From Clostridia bacterium (GTDB taxonomy: Bacteria > Bacillota > Clostridia > Christensenellales > DTU072), in the NCBI GenBank assembly GCA_017461065.1, contig JAFTZC010000014.1, forward strand, positions 1 through 54,370: DNA of 54,370 nucleotides, given 5' to 3'. Each line of letters begins with the position of its first letter. Within the stretch, counting starts at the first letter, position 1. Below are positions 48,393 through 54,370 of this stretch, piece by piece. The position numbers and the translations under genes were made by a program. The notes under the pieces were generated by a model. That model was given only the letters and a program-made list of their open reading frames with translations, made no database searches and was not told where the DNA came from.

Positions 48393-51300
48393 ATGAGAAA
48401 GATAACTACCATCATTATCTTAATAGTTTTGGTTTTGGCGTGCGTTTGCGCCTTGTTTGCTTGTGCAAATAGCAGAGACGACAAAGCTTCTCCCTCAAAT
48501 TATATCGTTTCATTTAATACCAACGGCGGCACTTCGATAAAGAGTATGACTTTGAAGTCAGGCTCTTCGCTTACTTTGCCCGAGCCCCCAACGAGAGATG
48601 GCTACGTTTTCATAGGCTGGTTTTTGGATAATAAGTTCGAAAGGGAAGTTAACCCGGCGTTGTTCAAGGTAGTTAGCAACGTTACCATTTTTGCAGGGTG
48701 GGAAAGCGTAACCACCTATAGGCATAAGATTTCAGTCGAAAGTTACGATGAAGGCGTAATCAGTGTGGTTGAGCCCTCCGACTCCAGAGCTTCAATGGGT
48801 ACGGAGGTTATAATTTCGGTCGTGCCCGAATCGGGATACGAGCTTAGGTACGATTCTTTGAAAGCCAACGACTTAGTCGTTGAGTACGAAAGTGCAAGCA
48901 GATATAAGTTCACTATGCCTGCTGAACCCGTAAATATCACCGCGATTTTTGACCTTAAACCAATGCCTGTCAGCGCACTTGGTATGATTCAAAACGGTGA
49001 AATAGTGCTTTCTACCGACTCTGCACGCCGAGGCGATTTGGTTACGGTGCAAGCGATACCCGATTACGGCTATAGACTTACCGAGCTTTACGTCATAAAC
49101 AACGAAGAATTTACTTCTCCCGACGATTTGAAGATAAATATTTTGCAAATCGGCTCTTTTTATATGGGCAGTAACGAAACTTACGTCGGTGCAGTTTTTG
49201 AAGAAATCAATTACGATTTGACCTACAAAGTCAACGCCGTTTCGTCATATGGCGGTAGGGTAGTTGTTAGCGCGACGGAAAGTCCTGCCGGTTGCTTTGT
49301 TAAGCTCGATTTTGAAGCCGAGCCCGGCTATCTTCTTGATAGATATACCATTCAAGGCGATAGTTTGCTTAGTTTCGTTGCAAGTATGGAAGAAGGCTTT
49401 ATAATGCCCGAGTACGACGTTACCATTACGGCAAGTTTTATCAAAGAAGATAGCGTAAGTGATGCAAAAGAACTTATAATTGCACCCCCAACCAACGGCA
49501 CGATTAGTCTAATTAACCCTAAAAACCACTATAAAAAGGGCGAAATCGTGGAGTTTGAAGCAAATGCAAGCGAAGGCTACGCTTTTGCAAAAGCCTACGT
49601 TAACGGCTCTCCCGTACTTGGTAATTCATTCCGTATGCCAAACGTTAAATCGACGCTCACCGCCGAGTTCGTTACTAAAGGATACGACGTAGGGGTAGTT
49701 GCAAGTAACTGCAACGTTAAGATTTCTCAAAAGACGGCATATCCCGGCGAAATAGTCTATTTTGAAATAGAAGAAATTGACGGATACAAGGTAAATCCAT
49801 CTAAAATTACCCTTAACGGCAAAGCTGTTAGTGGTAACTCATTCGTTATGCCAGGCGAAGACGTGACGTTAAGCGTAGTAGCCTTTGCGACAGGCTCAAA
49901 GTACAACGTTCAAGCGCAAACGGTAAGCGGTGGATATATTATTACAAGCGCATCCGAAGCAACCATATATACCAAAATCAATCTCGTTGCGGTAGCGGAC
50001 GAAGGATATCGCCTTAAAAAAGGCTCGTTTACCATAAGTTATCTTTCACAAGGTGCTACGGTAACCAAAACCGTTTCAGGTGATAGCTTCGTTATGGTTG
50101 ACGCCGACGTAACCGTCAGCTGTCAATTTGAAAAGGTGTACGGAGTAACGGCTGTCGACGACGGAAAGGTAGGCTTGTATCCAAGTGCTATGAATATCGC
50201 CGAAGGCGAAAATATCTACGTCCAATACGTCACTCACGGCAATATTATTGCCGATAGTTTGGTCGTAACCGTCGATTTTGGCGCATATTCCGAAATTTTG
50301 AATAGCTCGCACGTGTTTGAGTTGACACCATCAAAGATAATCCAAGCAGGTGCAAATCCCGCTCTTTCGTTTAGATATAGCTCGTATAGTGAGATTGATG
50401 CCAATCGTTTATATACTATTTCCACTCAATCCGCCGAAAATGGTAGGGTTGAAGCGCCGTCTTCCGCAAGATACGGCGATATCGTAAAGCTCGATATCGA
50501 GGCTGATGCCGGTTATAAACTTTCGAGCTTGGTCGTAAACACCAACGACGGAAGTTTTTATCAAATCAGCGATAACTTCGTTATGCCCGACTCTGCCATT
50601 ACCATTAAAGCCACCTTTACCCAGGCACCCGAACGAAATTTTGGACTCAAAAAGCAATACGAAGACAATCTCCAAAGCTTTACCGATGCTATGATTGAGG
50701 TCGTTTACTACCGCGAAAGCTATCAAATTACCGATGCCTATCCTTCATTTGCAAGTAATGCTTTTGTAAACTATATTGTGGGTATGGTTAAAGTTGACGC
50801 CAAATACGGACACGACTTCTATATTATAGAAGTAGACGATATTTCAAGGGTTAGCCCAATTGCGTACGACGCACACGATTTTATAGCCGAAGAACTTGGC
50901 GTAAGCAAGGATGAAATCAACGTAAAAATTAAATATAACTATATAATTTTGTCGATCGGGGGCAATCCGGACGAAGATTTCTACGTATATCGCAATGGAG
51001 TAAAGGCTATCAGTGACTTTATAATTTACGAGCGCGAAAACGGCACTTACGGAGTATACGCCTATATTGGCAGCAGCGAATACGTAAGCGTAATCGAGTC
51101 CTATAACGGCAGGAGCGTTAGCTACCTATCGTCTAAAGCGTTTGCCGAGCCACGTAGGATTAAGGGCGTTTCCCTTGGCAATTTGTCCGAAATCGGTGAT
51201 TTTGCCTTTGAAGACACCGCAATAACGTACGTTGATATTCAATGTGTCGAAAAACTCGGTAAGGGCGTATTTAAAAATGCACGTTCGCTAAAAGCAATAT

Positions 51301-51914
51301 CTACTTCAAGCTACAACGAGTATTTCTATTCGCTTCAAGGCGTTCTTTACGAGCGTGGAAAGAGTGCAACTTCCACGTTGTATTGCTATCCACTTGCTAA
51401 GTCAAGCGTTGGTAATAGCTTTGAAATACCGTCTCAAACGCAAAAAATTGCGTCTTACGCATTCTACGGCACAACGCTTGAAACCATTAGTTATGGCGGT
51501 GCGCTTACGACAATCGGCGAATACGCTTTTGCTTATAGCAACCTAAGCAGTATGAAGTATTCTTCGGCTGCCGCAGTTCAGGGCGTTGTGGATTTCTCAA
51601 ATTCCAACTCCAACAAGAGTATCGTCGCCGTTTTGGGCGAAGGCGCTTTCAAAGGGGTTTATACTATAAATAGTTTTTATCTCGATAGCGTAACTGAAAT
51701 CGGTCAAAACGCAATCAGTTGGAACGGACAAAACAATCTCGTCGTAAAGCTCGCAGGGGATAACGTAGGCGTTGTCAAGGCAAAGAGCAGTCCCATCGAG
51801 ATGCCGCTCATCCGCGAAGGTGCGCTCGTTATTTATATTCCCGCTGAGCTTGAAGAGTTGTATAAAAAATCAAATAATTGGCTTTATTATCAAATTTATT
51901 TTACTTTGAACTAA
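48393..51914 (+). CDS. Large surface lipoprotein with InlB B-repeat, divergent B-repeats and BspA-type LRRs
   Basis: LFAC lipobox; FNTNGG..PTRDGYVFIGW; repeated GY.L....F.MP...VTI.A.F; IGDFAF/IGEYAF LRRs. Confidence 0.85.
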   Translation: MRKITTIIILIVLVLACVCALFACANSRDDKASPSNYIVSFNTNGGTSIKSMTLKSGSSLTLPEPPTRDGYVFIGWFLDNKFEREVNPALFKVVSNVTIFAGWESVTTYRHKISVESYDEGVISVVEPSDSRASMGTEVIISVVPESGYELRYDSLKANDLVVEYESASRYKFTMPAEPVNITAIFDLKPMPVSALGMIQNGEIVLSTDSARRGDLVTVQAIPDYGYRLTELYVINNEEFTSPDDLKINILQIGSFYMGSNETYVGAVFEEINYDLTYKVNAVSSYGGRVVVSATESPAGCFVKLDFEAEPGYLLDRYTIQGDSLLSFVASMEEGFIMPEYDVTITASFIKEDSVSDAKELIIAPPTNGTISLINPKNHYKKGEIVEFEANASEGYAFAKAYVNGSPVLGNSFRMPNVKSTLTAEFVTKGYDVGVVASNCNVKISQKTAYPGEIVYFEIEEIDGYKVNPSKITLNGKAVSGNSFVMPGEDVTLSVVAFATGSKYNVQAQTVSGGYIITSASEATIYTKINLVAVADEGYRLKKGSFTISYLSQGATVTKTVSGDSFVMVDADVTVSCQFEKVYGVTAVDDGKVGLYPSAMNIAEGENIYVQYVTHGNIIADSLVVTVDFGAYSEILNSSHVFELTPSKIIQAGANPALSFRYSSYSEIDANRLYTISTQSAENGRVEAPSSARYGDIVKLDIEADAGYKLSSLVVNTNDGSFYQISDNFVMPDSAITIKATFTQAPERNFGLKKQYEDNLQSFTDAMIEVVYYRESYQITDAYPSFASNAFVNYIVGMVKVDAKYGHDFYIIEVDDISRVSPIAYDAHDFIAEELGVSKDEINVKIKYNYIILSIGGNPDEDFYVYRNGVKAISDFIIYERENGTYGVYAYIGSSEYVSVIESYNGRSVSYLSSKAFAEPRRIKGVSLGNLSEIGDFAFEDTAITYVDIQCVEKLGKGVFKNARSLKAISTSSYNEYFYSLQGVLYERGKSATSTLYCYPLAKSSVGNSFEIPSQTQKIASYAFYGTTLETISYGGALTTIGEYAFAYSNLSSMKYSSAAAVQGVVDFSNSNSNKSIVAVLGEGAFKGVYTINSFYLDSVTEIGQNAISWNGQNNLVVKLAGDNVGVVKAKSSPIEMPLIREGALVIYIPAELEELYKKSNNWLYYQIYFTLN

Positions 51915-51943
51915 TAGAAAATTAACTCTAACTAAGGATTTAA

Positions 51944-51974
51944 AAGCATATCAATATGATATGCTTATTTTTTT
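51944..51974 (+). terminator. Intrinsic terminator
   Basis: AAGCATATCA/TGATATGCTT plus T-run. Confidence 0.7.
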
Positions 51975-52047
51975 GCAAAAAACGCCAAAACTCTACAAAA
52001 TACTACCGAATTCTACAAATAAGATAGAGTAAAATGGAGAGGCAAAA

Positions 52048-52806
52048 ATGTTTTTTGTATTAAAGAAAAAGAGCGTTATAGTTTGTGTTTGCATTTTACT
52101 CGTTGCGCTCGTCGCGGCCACGTCGATAGGTATTATTGCAACAAGCGGTGAAGTCAGTGCAAAGAGGTTGGTACCGATATACTCGGTTGCGCGCGATGAT
52201 AACAAAGTGGCTTTGACCTTCGATTGCGCGTGGGGAGCCGATAAAACGCGCCTAATTATGGACGAAATGGAGAAAAACGGCTATAAATGCACCTTTTTCG
52301 TCACGGGCTTTTGGGTTGATGCAAACGGAGAACTCGTAAAAGAAATTCATTCTCGTGGACATCAGGTGGCAAATCACAGCGAAAATCATCTTCATCTCGG
52401 AAGCGCAAGTCAAAGTACGGTAGATAAGGAAATCGACCTAACCGCTCAAAAAATAGAAGCTCTTACGGGAGAATATCCAAAATACTTCCGTGCGCCGTTT
52501 GGAGAATACGACAACGGCTTGATTAAAAGCCTAAACGAGCGCCAAACCGAGTGCATTCAATGGAGTGTCGACAGCTTGGATTGGAAGGGTTTATCGGGCA
52601 AAGAAATCGCCGACAGAGTGTCTAACAAGATTAAATGTGGGGATATAGTTTTATTCCACAACAACAGCGACCATATACTCGACGCGCTACCGATAATTAT
52701 GCTGACGCTAAAAAACAAAAATTTGACGGCAGTTAGGGTGGATGAGTTGGTATATAAAGATAATTTCGTCATAAACGGCGAAGGTAAACAAATCAAAAAT
52801 TCTTAA
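52048..52806 (+). CDS. pdaB: Polysaccharide deacetylase (PdaB-like)
   Basis: ALTFDCAWG, NHSENH, FRAPFG, WSVDSLDW, IVLFHN. Confidence 0.85.
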   Translation: MFFVLKKKSVIVCVCILLVALVAATSIGIIATSGEVSAKRLVPIYSVARDDNKVALTFDCAWGADKTRLIMDEMEKNGYKCTFFVTGFWVDANGELVKEIHSRGHQVANHSENHLHLGSASQSTVDKEIDLTAQKIEALTGEYPKYFRAPFGEYDNGLIKSLNERQTECIQWSVDSLDWKGLSGKEIADRVSNKIKCGDIVLFHNNSDHILDALPIIMLTLKNKNLTAVRVDELVYKDNFVINGEGKQIKNS

Positions 52807-52828
52807 AATACGCATATAAGGAGTAAAT

Positions 52829-53449
52829 ATGGAAAATCTAATGAGCAACAATTCGGTTATTTTAGCGGGAAAAATCGGCAAAAAGCCGGAATACTCTCAC
52901 GAAGTGTTTGGCGAAGGCTTTTATGAAAGCGTAATTGAGGTGGAAAGGTTATCAGCGCAAGTTGATATGATTCCAATCACTATATCTGAGCGACTTATGG
53001 AGGAGGTGAACTTAGAAAAAGGCGATAATATATCAATTGAAGGTCAATTTAGGAGCTACAATAAGCTCGTTGAAAATCACTCCAAGCTGATGCTTACCGT
53101 TTTCGTCAGAGAATGCACGGATAATCCTGACGAAAAAAACGAAAATTCCATTGAGCTGACGGGCTATATTTGCAAAGAGCCGATATACCGCACTACGCCG
53201 TTTAAGCGTGAAATTGCCGACATTTTGGTTGCCGTCAACCGCGCCTATAACAAATCTGACTATATCCCTTGCATTGCTTGGGGCAGAAACGCAAGATTTG
53301 CATCAAAGCTCGAAGTAGGGGATAAAATTAATCTCGTAGGAAGAATTCAATCACGCGAGTATCAAAAGGTGTTTGATGACGGAACTAGCGAAACGCGTAC
53401 CGCTTACGAGATAAGCATATCGCGCATCAGCTATGCGGAAGACGACTAA
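52829..53449 (+). CDS. Tandem-OB single-stranded DNA-binding protein
   Basis: Two SSB-like repeats (GQFRSYN; SDYIPCIAWGRNA, GRIQSREY). Confidence 0.88.
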   Translation: MENLMSNNSVILAGKIGKKPEYSHEVFGEGFYESVIEVERLSAQVDMIPITISERLMEEVNLEKGDNISIEGQFRSYNKLVENHSKLMLTVFVRECTDNPDEKNENSIELTGYICKEPIYRTTPFKREIADILVAVNRAYNKSDYIPCIAWGRNARFASKLEVGDKINLVGRIQSREYQKVFDDGTSETRTAYEISISRISYAEDD

Positions 53450-53498
53450 AGTAAAAAAATTTCTATCCAAACGTTTAATTATATGATATAATTAAAAT

Positions 53499-54173
53499 AT
53501 GGGAAACGTTATTGATAATTTAAACCAAATAGAAGCAAAAATCAAAGAACTTTGCGTAAAAAAGGGCATTGACTTTAACTCTATCGAGCTAATCGGAGCT
53601 TCCAAGTTCCGCACGCTTGAAACGCTCAAGCAATTGGATGCTGACGGTAGAGTTAAAACCTTTGGCGAAAATAAGGTGCAAGAGTTCAGGGACAAATACG
53701 ACGAAACTCTCACTTGGGATATTATCGGTCAGTTGCAAACCAATAAGGTCAAGTACGTCGTGGGCAAAGTTAGATATATTTCGAGTTTGGATAGATTGTC
53801 TCTTGCTGATGAAATCGAAAGAGTTGCATCTAATAGGGGCGTCGTGCAAAAGTGTTTGATTGAAGTTAACTCCGGCGACGAAGAATGCAAGGGCGGAATT
53901 CCGGCTAACGAAGTGGAAGATTTTTTGGATAAGCTAAAGAGTTATCCACATATAAAAGTTGTTGGAATAATGGCTGTGGCGCCGCAAGGAGTAGGGGAAG
54001 CCGAGCTCAAAAAATGCTTTAAAAAAGTGAGTGAAGTTTTCAAAAAAATCGCTTGCAAAAACCCCGATTTCAAAGTGCTTTCTATGGGTATGTCCGAGGA
54101 CTTTTTGACTGCGATAGAGTGTGGCTCAAATCAAGTTAGACTTGGTAGAATTTTGTTTGGAGATAGACCTTGA
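53499..54173 (+). CDS. yggS: PLP homeostasis protein
   Basis: GENKVQE, IGQLQTNKVK, LSMGMSED, RLG; ATG lies 6 nt after TG-TATAAT. Confidence 0.96.
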   Translation: MGNVIDNLNQIEAKIKELCVKKGIDFNSIELIGASKFRTLETLKQLDADGRVKTFGENKVQEFRDKYDETLTWDIIGQLQTNKVKYVVGKVRYISSLDRLSLADEIERVASNRGVVQKCLIEVNSGDEECKGGIPANEVEDFLDKLKSYPHIKVVGIMAVAPQGVGEAELKKCFKKVSEVFKKIACKNPDFKVLSMGMSEDFLTAIECGSNQVRLGRILFGDRP

Positions 54174-54370
54174 GTATTATGATTTAAGCCTTAAATTATA
54201 ATAATGTCATATATAAAAACATTAAAAAACGGCGAAATTCGCCCTAAAAAGACAAAAAATCGTAAATTGACGGCATACGACCGTTTTATGGCTAAAAGGA
54301 AGGCTTCGCCCTTCCCTTACGCTCAAAAAATGCAAACTTTCACCCCAAAAAATCTCTTTGATGCACGTCT

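Noticed and set aside
54174-54370. Possible ncRNA or leader at the window end (GGAAGG/CCTTCC hairpin near 54298-54315)
   Set aside because: Cut by the window edge, with no recognisable motif.

Overview
A 54-kb core-chromosome segment from a spore-forming Clostridia-type firmicute, inferred from gene content (sigE/sigG/sigK, spoIIGA, spoVD, MEP pathway). It holds ddl, rqcH, tig-clpP-clpX-lon-engB, a reduced dcw cluster (mraZ to ftsZ), spoIIGA-sigE-sigG-ylmC-nrdR, an uninterrupted sigK, RNase P RNA, rarA, rubrerythrin, an ABC exporter, yqgF, rpsB-tsf-pyrH-frr-uppS-cdsA-dxr-rseP-ispG, a PolC-derived exonuclease, two large surface proteins, pdaB, ssb and yggS. Three small AT-rich islets (HTH-Fic; SLOG plus Arc; an orphan membrane protein) interrupt the backbone. 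No integrase, transposase or CRISPR array is visible. Main observations: (1) structured intergenic elements that start at stop codons and/or abut the islets: about 125-nt covarying hairpins, a symmetric 305-nt tree of four-way junctions, heptamer arrays and an AACTTCAC-hairpin array; (2) a polymerase-less PolC derivative with a beta-clamp motif in the polC position; (3) probable ATC/ATT start codons for spoVD and sigK; (4) several apparently leaderless genes; (5) a degenerate UppS. All calls come from reading the sequence by eye; no searches or folding programs were run.
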